Below, in pieces: positions 1-8,411 of a DNA stretch of 64,000 bases. The notes beneath the pieces were generated by a model. That model had not been told where the DNA came from. It ran no database searches and was given only the letters and a program-made list of their open reading frames with translations. Source of the stretch: Bacteroidales bacterium (GTDB taxonomy: Bacteria > Bacteroidota > Bacteroidia > Bacteroidales > UBA1715). How positions within the stretch are numbered: position 1 is the first letter of the stretch; every line of letters starts with the position of its first letter. The position numbers and the translations under genes are program-made. The stretch covers positions 7,319 through 71,318 of the forward strand of contig JAFZOY010000156.1 of the NCBI GenBank assembly GCA_017552705.1, read 5' to 3'.

Positions 1-134
1 GCATGTACACCTTTTACAGCACCAACAGTGCCGACCGGCATAAATATCGGGGTTGCTATTTCCCCGTGATCGGTTGTAATTTTGCCTGCACGAGCGTTAC
101 ACTTGGTACAGTTATGTTGAACTTCGAATTGCAC
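1..134 (-). CDS. tgt: tRNA-guanine transglycosylase (queuine tRNA-ribosyltransferase), N-terminal part only; gene runs off the left edge
   Basis: Not in ORF track (no stop inside window). Minus-strand translation from GTG at 132-134 gives (M)[43 protein letters not shown], the conserved Tgt N-terminus (RAG..T.HG.i.TP.FMPVGT.G.VK). An in-frame TAG lies just upstream. Confidence 0.8.
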   Translation of the reverse strand, partial: MQFEVQHNCTKCNARAGKITTDHGEIATPIFMPVGTVGAVKGVH

Positions 135-191
135 TATGAAATTTTTTGCAAAGATAACTCTAAATTCCTAAATCCTATTTTCTAATTACAT

Positions 192-199
192 TATCTTTG
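192..199 (+). promoter_or_regulatory. Bacteroidota sigma-A type -7 box (TAtcTTTG) upstream of gltX
   Basis: Perfect match to TAnnTTTG, ending 18 nt before the ATG at 218. Confidence 0.45.
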
Positions 200-217
200 C
201 ACACAAAATTTTATCAA

Positions 218-1756
218 ATGGAAGAAAGAAAAGTTCGTGTGCGTTTCGCACCAAGTCCTACGGGTCCACTTCACATGGGTGGTGTGCGTACCGCATTGTT
301 CAATTATTTGTTTGCAAAGAAAAACGGTGGCGATTTTTTGTTGCGTATTGAAGACACCGACCAGACTCGTTTTGTGAAAAATGCCGAGGCATATATCGTG
401 GAATCGCTGAAATGGTGCGGCATCAAAGTTGACGAAGGTATAGGCGTTACGCCCGAAGGCCCCTACGGACCATACCGCCAGAGCGACCGCAAGCCGTTGT
501 ACAAACAATATGCATATCAGCTTATTGAGTCGGGAAATGCCTATTTTGCATTCGACACACCCGAAGAATTGGCTGCGTTGCGAACGAAAGGCGAACAGGA
601 AAAAGTTCCGTTTGTGTATAACCACAAAACTCGTATGGAGTTGTGCAATTCCCTCACGTTGTCGAAAGAAGAAGTTGAAAAACGTTTGAACTCGGGTGAA
701 CATTTTGTAATTCGTTTCAAGATGCCTGAAAATCAGAACGTTGATTTATATGATGAAATCCGTAAGGATGTACATTTCAACACTGACGAGTTGGACGACA
801 AGGTTCTTTACAAATCTGACGGAATGCCTACATACCACTTGGCAAACGTGGTTGACGACTATTTGATGAAGATTACTCACGTAATCCGTGGCGAGGAATG
901 GCTTTCGTCTATGCCTCTGCATGTGCTTTTGTATCGTGCGTTTGGTTGGGAAGACGTGATGCCTAAATTTGCCCACCTTCCATTGATTTTGAAACCACAA
1001 GGACAAGGAAAGTTAAGCAAGCGCGATGGCGACAAACTTGGCTTCCCCGTATTCCCGCTGTTTTGGGTAGGCGACGATGGCGAAACGGCACAGGGCTATC
1101 GCGAAAATGGCTATCTGCCTGAAGCATTTGTAAATATGCTTGCTTTGCTTGGTTGGAACCCAGGAACGGAACAAGAAATTTTCACTATGGACGAACTCAT
1201 TCAGGCATTCTCGCTTGAACGTGTGGGAAAATCTGGTTCACGTTTCGACCCCGAAAAAACAAAATGGTTCAACCAACAATGGATTCATCGAACTTCGTCA
1301 AGCAAATTGGCCGAAATGTTTATGCCAATCCTGAAAGAGAAAAATATCTCTGCATCAACGGATTACGTTGTTCGCGTATGCGATATGATTAAGGAACGTG
1401 CCGTATTTGTACAAGATTTATGGACAAATGGCTACTATTTCTTCGAAGCACCGCAATCATACGAGCCAAAAGATGTGAAAAAACGTTGGAAAGACAATGC
1501 CGCCGAAAAAATTCAGGCAACATTGGAATTTTTGGAAAACGAAACGGACTACACGTCAAAAGTTTTGGAAGAAAAAACCATGGCTTTCATTGCGAAAAAT
1601 GAATTCAACGTTGGCCAAATCTGCAACTGCCTACGTCTTGCTGTCGTTGGAGCCTGTATGGGAGCCCACCTGTTCGACATTTTTGAAATGATTGGTAAGG
1701 AAGAAACGTTGAAGCGTGTTCGTAAGGCGTTGAAGAATATTTCGGTTGAGGAATAG
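218..1756 (+). CDS. gltX: glutamate--tRNA ligase
   Basis: RVRFAPSPTGPLHMGGVRTALFNYLFAKK (HIGH-type motif), LRIEDTD, KLSKRDG (KMSKS-type). Start moved to MEERK at 218; the track ORF begins at 197. Confidence 0.95.
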   Translation: MEERKVRVRFAPSPTGPLHMGGVRTALFNYLFAKKNGGDFLLRIEDTDQTRFVKNAEAYIVESLKWCGIKVDEGIGVTPEGPYGPYRQSDRKPLYKQYAYQLIESGNAYFAFDTPEELAALRTKGEQEKVPFVYNHKTRMELCNSLTLSKEEVEKRLNSGEHFVIRFKMPENQNVDLYDEIRKDVHFNTDELDDKVLYKSDGMPTYHLANVVDDYLMKITHVIRGEEWLSSMPLHVLLYRAFGWEDVMPKFAHLPLILKPQGQGKLSKRDGDKLGFPVFPLFWVGDDGETAQGYRENGYLPEAFVNMLALLGWNPGTEQEIFTMDELIQAFSLERVGKSGSRFDPEKTKWFNQQWIHRTSSSKLAEMFMPILKEKNISASTDYVVRVCDMIKERAVFVQDLWTNGYYFFEAPQSYEPKDVKKRWKDNAAEKIQATLEFLENETDYTSKVLEEKTMAFIAKNEFNVGQICNCLRLAVVGACMGAHLFDIFEMIGKEETLKRVRKALKNISVEE

Positions 1757-1943
1757 GAGATTTTCATATCTCCCATCCCTTAATTGGACATTGTGAATTA
1801 TTTCACAACCACTTTCACATTTTTGCCATCCACAACAACAAAACACATTCCTGATTTCAGGTTTAGGTTTGCGATTTTTATACTTTGTTATGTTTTCTTT
1901 TTTATAAAAAAGTAAAAATGTTCGTCATTTAATTAAACCTATG

Positions 1944-1951
1944 TATATTTG
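1944..1951 (+). promoter_or_regulatory. -7 box (TAtaTTTG) upstream of the 54-aa/166-aa gene pair
   Basis: Perfect TAnnTTTG, 21 nt before the ATG at 1973. Confidence 0.45.
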
Positions 1952-1972
1952 CCCATATAAACACATAAAAAA

Positions 1973-2137
1973 ATGGGAAAATTCAAGACATACAAAACAA
2001 GAGAAGAAGCAGCCGAAGCCTTTCGACAAGCGATTGCTTTGCGTTCGAAATGGGAATATGCCATTGAACATAATCTATCTTTGGAAGAAATGAAAAAAAT
2101 GGGCGTGGTTCCTTTGCGAATTGATATTAAGCAATGA
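1973..2137 (+). CDS. small hypothetical protein (54 aa), first gene of an ATGA-coupled pair
   Basis: Not in ORF track (<60 aa). ATG at 1973, TGA at 2135-2137. Translation: MGKFKTYKTREEAAEAFRQAIALRSKWEYAIEHNLSLEEMKKMGVVPLRIDIKQ. The stop overlaps the ATG of the next ORF, and it has its own promoter box. Confidence 0.55.
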   Translation: MGKFKTYKTREEAAEAFRQAIALRSKWEYAIEHNLSLEEMKKMGVVPLRIDIKQ

Positions 2138-2634
2138 ATCTTCGTCTTTCAGAAGAAACAATAAACAAAAATTCTCCATATAGAGTTTCTTTAGATTCAC
2201 ATAACGAAATTATCTTCAATACAGATAATGGTTGTAGTATGTGTGTTGGGTTCACGGATGATTATATGATTTCGGAACATGGAGTTTATCAAATTTATAT
2301 TCAAAACAAGTCAAAAACGCCATCTCTCCGCGATGTTAAATTACGGGACACTATTCAATTGATTTTTGAATGCTTCTTTGAGAATAAAAACCGTGTAGCC
2401 GTTTATATCTGCGACTCAATGGATGGGAAACAGCATATTCGGAACAGATTATTCCGAATGTGGTTCAATTCATATTCTCAAAAACAACATTACACCCTCA
2501 AGACTGCATCAATAGAGTTTGAGGGAACATCATATTATTCTGCTTTGCTGATACACAACGATAATGACGACTACATGATGTATTTGCAATTATATGGGCA
2601 ATTTATAGAACAGTTATCAGAAAAATACCAATGA
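2134..2634 (+). CDS. hypothetical protein (166 aa), family not recognised
   Basis: Track ORF. ATG overlaps the stop of the upstream 54-codon ORF (ATGA at 2134-2137). AT-rich, no signal peptide. Confidence 0.65.
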   Translation: MNLRLSEETINKNSPYRVSLDSHNEIIFNTDNGCSMCVGFTDDYMISEHGVYQIYIQNKSKTPSLRDVKLRDTIQLIFECFFENKNRVAVYICDSMDGKQHIRNRLFRMWFNSYSQKQHYTLKTASIEFEGTSYYSALLIHNDNDDYMMYLQLYGQFIEQLSEKYQ

Positions 2635-2706
2635 CAATGTTTTGAATCGAACAATGCACAAAAAAAGGACTCCCGTGCGGAAATCCCTTGAAAAATTATA
2701 GACTAA

Positions 2707-3729
2707 TTATTTGAAGTTTCTTTTTTGTTTTATTGTGTTAAACAGTTCTTCTTGTAATGATGGCATATCTATAGGAAGAAAATGTTCTTTCAAATCTTCG
2801 ACATTAGTTTTCTCCTTCAAATACTTCTCTATATCGGGAATAAGCGATTTATGTATTAACAACATTTTTAACGGAGGCAAATCGTTGTATATTTTTTGTT
2901 TGGACTCTTGCCAATAGTGTTCGAACGGGAGATTGTCATTATTGTTGTTAATAAACAAAAGCCCTGATTGCTTTTCGATATTAGGATTGCTTAAATTATA
3001 CCTAAACACTTTCTTGCCACAAACTGTACCATATTCCCGTAGTTCTCCTCCATACGGTATGTAAGTTGGAGTTTCAAAATATTGGTTTATTATATCGGTA
3101 GATTGTTGATATTGCTCATACAGACTTTTTGAATCTGATTGATTTATATGACTTCGCTCCAAATCGTTATACAACTTACACGTCATTGAGTTTAGATTTT
3201 TATTTTCCAAATAAATAATTTGTATATAATCCTCCAACGCTAAGTTATTATGAGTAATGATCCAATTATTCACTTTCTTCTCATTATTTATTGCCATAAA
3301 TAATGCGACATCAATGTTTGACGAGAAATCAATTAGCGGAGATACAACAAACAGATGCTGAAGAATAATAAATTTCCATAAATTATTGTATTCCAATGGC
3401 AAAGGGCATTCATTTTCCATATAAATTAAAGAATATCCACTTAGTTTATATTTTCCATTCAAAAAGTTATTATGAATTTTACCGCAGTAGGTTATAATAT
3501 CTTGTAAGAAATCTTCATATCTATAGCATTCACGCTGGAAATCCGATAGATATAACCTCTGTGAACTCGCATACATTTTGAATGTGCCGTTTCTAACGCC
3601 ACGATAGTAAAATTCTTTTTCTTCTAATAACTTCATCTGAGCATCAAAAGCATCTTTTTGCTCAATTATTTTTACATCTTCATAGATTTCTTTTATCTCA
3701 TCAATAGTTTTATACGTTTCAAGATTCAT
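2707..3729 (-). CDS. FRG-domain-like protein (340 aa)
   Basis: Motifs FYYRGVRNGTFKMYASSQR, ILQHLFVVSPLIDFSSNIDVALFMA and NIEKQSGLLFIN resemble the FRG domain pattern (FRG...; QHyGlPT.LLDwT.s..vAlyFA; aQ.G.F). Start set to MNLETYK at 3729. The upstream part of the track ORF (to 3864) is a GC-rich non-coding-looking stretch. Confidence 0.6.
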   Translation of the reverse strand: MNLETYKTIDEIKEIYEDVKIIEQKDAFDAQMKLLEEKEFYYRGVRNGTFKMYASSQRLYLSDFQRECYRYEDFLQDIITYCGKIHNNFLNGKYKLSGYSLIYMENECPLPLEYNNLWKFIILQHLFVVSPLIDFSSNIDVALFMAINNEKKVNNWIITHNNLALEDYIQIIYLENKNLNSMTCKLYNDLERSHINQSDSKSLYEQYQQSTDIINQYFETPTYIPYGGELREYGTVCGKKVFRYNLSNPNIEKQSGLLFINNNNDNLPFEHYWQESKQKIYNDLPPLKMLLIHKSLIPDIEKYLKEKTNVEDLKEHFLPIDMPSLQEELFNTIKQKRNFK

Positions 3730-3844
3730 ATCGATATAAAATTTAAATTCAACATTTATAATAATCAACCGCCGTTTCGGTCTCGCTGGCAACTCCGTTT
3801 GCCGCATTCCCTCAGCGGCGATTTTTAGGGATTGGGGAATATGG

Positions 3845-4680
3845 TTATTCTGCACCACGCACAAGGCGGACAGATAGCCCGTAGTAGCGGAGGTAGTAGT
3901 AGTACGTGCTCACGTAGTAGCTGCCGAAGTACAGACAGCGGGCGCGGTAGTCGCCGAACTCGACCAGTAGTCGCCGTAGGAACCCACACCGTACACGTCT
4001 GTACCGTAGCGGTAGCCAGCAGCAGGAAGAAACACGGCACCATGCGATTCCATTATACTCCATTCCTCCAAGGTGTAGTCGTTTGTTTTCCATTCTTTGC
4101 TTTGGGGTGAAAAACCTATGGAATAGTTCCATTCGTCAGGCAACAATATGAGACCGCAAATGCCATCTACACGCCCCTTGGAATACAAATCTTCACAATG
4201 AGGACGATTATGTAAAATATAACTCCACTCACTATACGTAAGTGTCCGCCACATACCAGCCTTGTTTCCACCATTCGAAATCTTGTTATACACGCCCCAA
4301 TCGTAGTTCGTTCCTGCTATGTCATTTTCTCCATCTCCATAATCAGTTCTTTCTTTACTTGTCATATACGGATTTTTGCCATTGTAGCCACTTGTTCCCC
4401 ATCCGAACAAGTCAATCCAACCATCATAGTTCGGGGAAATGTTTTCGTTCTCCTCGCCAATCATATCCCATTGGTGTTCTGCAAAACGCCACGTATTGGT
4501 ACTTGCCTGATATTGCAGGTTACCACGCGAGAAATACACTTTTTTACCCCGAGCAACAGTAAATTCACCTTTAACCAAAGTTCCATTTGAAGATACTCCA
4601 CTTGAAGTACCATCGCCACATGCTGAGAACATTGCAGTAGCAACGCCAAACAGCAAAAGATTTTTAAGAATACGTTTCAT
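3845..4680 (-). pseudogene. lipoprotein with FISUMP-like C-terminal module, apparent 1-nt frameshift near the 3' end
   Basis: Lipobox LLLFGVATAMFSAC. Paralog of 4697-5545 (GNLQYQAST.TWRFAEHQ, WIDLFGWGTSGYNGK, DIAGTNYDWGVYNKISNGG, GAVFLPAAGYR.GT, YWSSSA). After YWSSSA the track frame ends at 3910 with an unrelated tail. The conserved C-terminus (CLYFGSYYV...GLSVRLVRGAE) continues in another frame to 3845. Confidence 0.7.
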
Positions 4681-4696
4681 ACTATTTAAGATTTTT

Positions 4697-5545
4697 TTAT
4701 TTCACATCTTGCACAAGGCGGACAGAGGGCCCGAGGTTGCGGGTGAGATAGTTGTTCACGACGTAATTGCCGAAGTACAGACAGTACACGTCGTCGTCGT
4801 TGTTAGCCGAACTTGACCAATAGAAGCCGAAGGAACCAATGTCGGGTATATTCGTGCCGTGACGGTAGCCCGCAGCAGGCAGAAACACAGCACCGTACGA
4901 CTGCATTTCTGCCCACTCGTCAAGAGAATACACATTTGTTGAATAATTGCCTGGGGCGTAAGTAAACTTGACTGTCGACGGTGTTTCCCAACCATCGGGC
5001 AACAATATCAAACCTATTACGTTGTTTACTCTTCCTTGTCCCATCAGGTGGCCTGCTTGCGCACGCCCAGAAATCACATAGTCCCACTCGCTATTTGTCA
5101 ACGTCCGCCACTGACCAGCTTGGTTGCCTCCGTTGGAAATCTTGTTGTAAACTCCCCAGTCGTAGTTTGTGCCGGCAATGTCGTTTGAACCGTCGCCGTA
5201 GTCGCTATAATCCGTGCTTGTCATATAGGCTTCTTTGCCATTGTAGCCACTCGTTCCCCAACCGAATAAATCAATCCAGCCACTATAAGAACTTGAAATG
5301 TTGGAATTGTTGTTTCCAATTATATCATATTGGTGTTCGGCAAAACGCCATGTGCCTGTGCTTGCCTGGTATTGCAAGTTGCCTTGCGAGAAATAAACCT
5401 GCTTGCTGTTGGAAACGGAGAATGCCGCCTTAATCGCTCCGTTTTCAATGACAACATTTTTTGTCACTTCTTGCTCATCATCGCATGCTGTAAACATTGC
5501 AGTAGCAAGGCAGAACGACAAAAGAGAATTAAATAATTGTTTCAC
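4697..5545 (-). CDS. lipoprotein with FISUMP-like (Fibrobacter succinogenes major paralogous domain-like) C-terminal module
   Basis: Signal peptide and lipobox LATAMFTAC. C-terminal pattern FLPAAGYRHGT..IGSFGFYWSSSA....CLYFG.....GPSVRLVQD is typical of this domain family. Intact paralog of the neighbouring gene. Confidence 0.7.
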   Translation of the reverse strand: MKQLFNSLLSFCLATAMFTACDDEQEVTKNVVIENGAIKAAFSVSNSKQVYFSQGNLQYQASTGTWRFAEHQYDIIGNNNSNISSSYSGWIDLFGWGTSGYNGKEAYMTSTDYSDYGDGSNDIAGTNYDWGVYNKISNGGNQAGQWRTLTNSEWDYVISGRAQAGHLMGQGRVNNVIGLILLPDGWETPSTVKFTYAPGNYSTNVYSLDEWAEMQSYGAVFLPAAGYRHGTNIPDIGSFGFYWSSSANNDDDVYCLYFGNYVVNNYLTRNLGPSVRLVQDVK

Positions 5546-5659
5546 TTTTTTATAAAATTTATATGTGTAAAGGAAACCTTTCTTTTTGATAAAAAGCAGC
5601 TCGTTAGTGTAACCATTTGTATTGAATTTCGTGACTATTTATACCAAATAATTGGAATT

Positions 5660-5899
5660 TTAGTTCACAGATTGGCGGTTTCTGTAATTGGAATAAACCT
5701 TGAAGAAATCATAATTGAGAGCATCGCAAATGCGAAGAAGCATATCGGTATGAATCCAACTGCGACGGAAGATTTTGTAAAGATTCTCACGGCTACAATT
5801 TATCTGCGAAGCAAGCCACGTAATACTCCGTCCTTGTCGTTGAAGTTCTTGCTTTATAATGTTCCCTATATGCGGTTCAGTGTCTTTGCGTTTTTCCAT
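5660..5899 (-). CDS. small helix-turn-helix (XRE-like) DNA-binding protein
   Basis: MEKRKDTEPHIGNIIKQELQRQGRSITWLASQINCSRENLYKIFRR... has an HTH-like layout. Start set to the internal ATG at 5899. Co-oriented with and upstream of the two lipoprotein genes. Confidence 0.6.
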   Translation of the reverse strand: MEKRKDTEPHIGNIIKQELQRQGRSITWLASQINCSRENLYKIFRRSWIHTDMLLRICDALNYDFFKVYSNYRNRQSVN

Positions 5900-6262
5900 A
5901 AAAAAGGCGTCAATTGTTTGCTCATTTGTCACGGATAGCTCGGCAAAGCATATGAAACCAAATAAGGCAAAACAATTCACGCCCGAAGACGTGAACTATT
6001 TGCTCAATCTCGTTTCACTTAATATTTGCCGATTTACCGTGAAAGAATAAGAGCGTAAAGCTCAATATGTTATTTCAAATCTTTCTATTTCTTGTTTTTA
6101 CATTACATTTATACTTTTGCAAATATAGGAAATTTGCTTTCCACGAGAACATTTTGAGGAAGAATGAAATTGTAATACCTACAAAATAGTTTCAAACAAC
6201 CTTAGAATAAAAAACACTCTATCGCTCAAAAAGTTGTATTATTGCAAACAAAAACAAATATA

Positions 6263-7216
6263 ATGCAATTCAAAACAACCATAGACGTTCCTCATGCTTC
6301 GTTTGAGATTTCTCACGCACACAAAGGAATGGCTATTGGTTCGTGTTTCACCACAAATATCGGGAACCGTTTGTTGGCTGCAAAGTTTCCCATTTTGGTG
6401 AATCCGCTCGGAACGGTCTATAACCCTGTTTCCATCGCACAAACGATTGATTTGTTGCTCGGTGAAATTCCTTTCGACGAGCAACAGATTTTCTTTGCCA
6501 ACGACGTGTGGCAATCATATTATCTGCACACTTCGTTTTCGTCGGTCGATAAACAAGAGGTGATTCAGTCGTTTAACAAGGTGAAAAACGAGTTTTTGGA
6601 AAAATTTCAATCCGTTGATTATCTTTTTCTTACGTTGGGAACTGCGTGGGTGTACGAACTGAACGAGACGAAACAAATAGTGAATAATTGTCACAAAACG
6701 CCATCATCGCAGTTTACAAGAAAAAAATTATCGGTTGAAGAATGTGTTACCGTTCTTGAACGGGCAATTCAAAAACTACAAAATATCAACCCTAATTTAC
6801 AGGTGATTTTTACCGTAAGCCCCATTCGTCATTGGAAAGACGGTGCTCACGAGAATCAAGTGAGCAAAGCGACCTTGTTTTTAGCAATAGATTCTTTGCA
6901 AAAATCAATGCGAAACATAGGATATTTCCCTGCGTATGAATTACTTATGGACGACTTGCGCGACTATCGTTTCTACGACGAAGACATGCTTCATCCAAGT
7001 GCCACGGCAGTAGAATATATCTGGGAAATATTCTCAAAAACGTATTTTTCAAAAGAAACGACTGACTTGATTTCTAAAATCGAGGCAATACAAAAAGCCA
7101 TCAACCACCGTCCATTCAACTCGGAATCTCCTGAATACAAGTTATTTATCGCAAAAACAAAAGAGCAATGCCGCAAAATTGAATCGCAATACCCCTTTAT
7201 TCAATTTGACAATTGA
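6263..7216 (+). CDS. GSCFA-domain protein
   Basis: Contains the eponymous IGSCFTTNIG motif near the N-terminus. The track ORF starts at TTG 6242; ATG at 6263 preferred. Confidence 0.8.
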   Translation: MQFKTTIDVPHASFEISHAHKGMAIGSCFTTNIGNRLLAAKFPILVNPLGTVYNPVSIAQTIDLLLGEIPFDEQQIFFANDVWQSYYLHTSFSSVDKQEVIQSFNKVKNEFLEKFQSVDYLFLTLGTAWVYELNETKQIVNNCHKTPSSQFTRKKLSVEECVTVLERAIQKLQNINPNLQVIFTVSPIRHWKDGAHENQVSKATLFLAIDSLQKSMRNIGYFPAYELLMDDLRDYRFYDEDMLHPSATAVEYIWEIFSKTYFSKETTDLISKIEAIQKAINHRPFNSESPEYKLFIAKTKEQCRKIESQYPFIQFDN

Positions 7217-7241
7217 GCATTACGCATTGAGCATTACGCAT
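7214..7241. repeat. perfect tandem duplication of a 14-bp unit (tgagcattacgcat x2)
   Basis: 7214-7227 is identical to 7228-7241. The first copy contains the GSCFA stop codon. It lies between convergent genes. Confidence 0.9.
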
Positions 7242-7246
7242 TATAA

Positions 7247-8383
7247 TTAACTCAACCTATCCCGAAAATCAGCATAGCCAAACGTGCGGATACACTCATC
7301 TTCGCCGTTTTCGTGTTCTATCCAAATAGACGGATGTGTCACGCCATTGAAAGTGGTGGTTTTCACCATCGTATAATGCATCATATCCTCCAATATAATG
7401 GTATCGCCAACATGCAATTCTTCCTTTAAATAATATGGCATCATGAAATCGCCGGCAAGACAGGAATTTCCCCCTAAACGATAGGCATACATTCCTTCCT
7501 GTGGCTCGGAATACGCATCGCGGACATTCGGACGATAGGGCATCTCCAACGTGTCGGGCATATGCGCCGCAAACGACACATCGAGAATTGCGGTAGGATT
7601 CTCACCATAATTAACAATATCGAGAACCCGCGCTTTCAACACGCCAGTCTGCCATCCCACAGCACCACCAGGCTCAAGAATAACAGATACAGAATAACGA
7701 TTTTTGAATTGTTTGAGCAGTTGAATCACATGCTCCGAGTTATAGTCTTTCTGCGTGATAAGATGGCCGCCACCCATATTCACCCATTTCACGGAGTGCA
7801 ACAAGTGACCAAATTTTTCTTCAAACGATTTGAGAACCCGCTCCAACGAATACGAATCGTTCTCGCACAATGCGTGAAAATGAATGCCTTCAACACCTTC
7901 GGGCAGGCCGTTCTGCAATTCGTGTGCTGGTATTCCCAAACGGGAGTTCGGCGAACATGGATTATATAAATCTGTTGCCACATCGCTGTAGCCCGGATTG
8001 ACACGCAAGCCGATTGAAACGCCATATTTTTTGCACGTGTCTTTATATTGATTAAACTGTGAAAGCGAATTAAACGTAATGTGCGAACTGCACCGTGCAA
8101 TTTCGTCGAATTCTTCGGGCGCATAAACAGGCGCAAAGGTGTGGGCTTTCGAGCCCATGTAATCAACGCACAATTTTGCTTCCGCCAAAGAACTTGCGGT
8201 AGCTCCGGCAAGATATTTCTTCACAAGCGGAAACGATTTCCAAAGCGCATAACCTTTTAGGGCAAGGATGATAGAAACCCCAGCTTCGTTCGACACATGT
8301 GAAAGTTTTTCCAAATTCCTGCGGAGCAGTTTTTCCTCAAGAATAAAAGCCGGTGACGATATGTTTGGATAATAATTAATCAT
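7247..8383 (-). CDS. nspC: carboxynorspermidine decarboxylase
   Basis: 378 aa. Typical N-terminus SPAFILEEKLLRRNLEKL, LKGYALW, and the fold-type III PLP decarboxylase layout of NspC. Confidence 0.85.
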   Translation of the reverse strand: MINYYPNISSPAFILEEKLLRRNLEKLSHVSNEAGVSIILALKGYALWKSFPLVKKYLAGATASSLAEAKLCVDYMGSKAHTFAPVYAPEEFDEIARCSSHITFNSLSQFNQYKDTCKKYGVSIGLRVNPGYSDVATDLYNPCSPNSRLGIPAHELQNGLPEGVEGIHFHALCENDSYSLERVLKSFEEKFGHLLHSVKWVNMGGGHLITQKDYNSEHVIQLLKQFKNRYSVSVILEPGGAVGWQTGVLKARVLDIVNYGENPTAILDVSFAAHMPDTLEMPYRPNVRDAYSEPQEGMYAYRLGGNSCLAGDFMMPYYLKEELHVGDTIILEDMMHYTMVKTTTFNGVTHPSIWIEHENGEDECIRTFGYADFRDRLS

Positions 8384-8411
8384 AGCAATAAATTTATGAC
8401 AAAGGTATGAA

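Noticed and set aside
3-185. 60-aa plus-strand ORF at the left edge
   Set aside because: The opposite strand encodes the conserved N-terminus of Tgt.
3825-4132. Cluster of overlapping ORFs (3832-4110 plus strand, 3825-4043 and 3845-4132 minus strand)
   Set aside because: Repetitive TAC/GTA-rich sequence keeps several frames open. Only the last ~40 codons of the 3845-4132 frame are meaningful, as the displaced C-terminus of the frameshifted lipoprotein.
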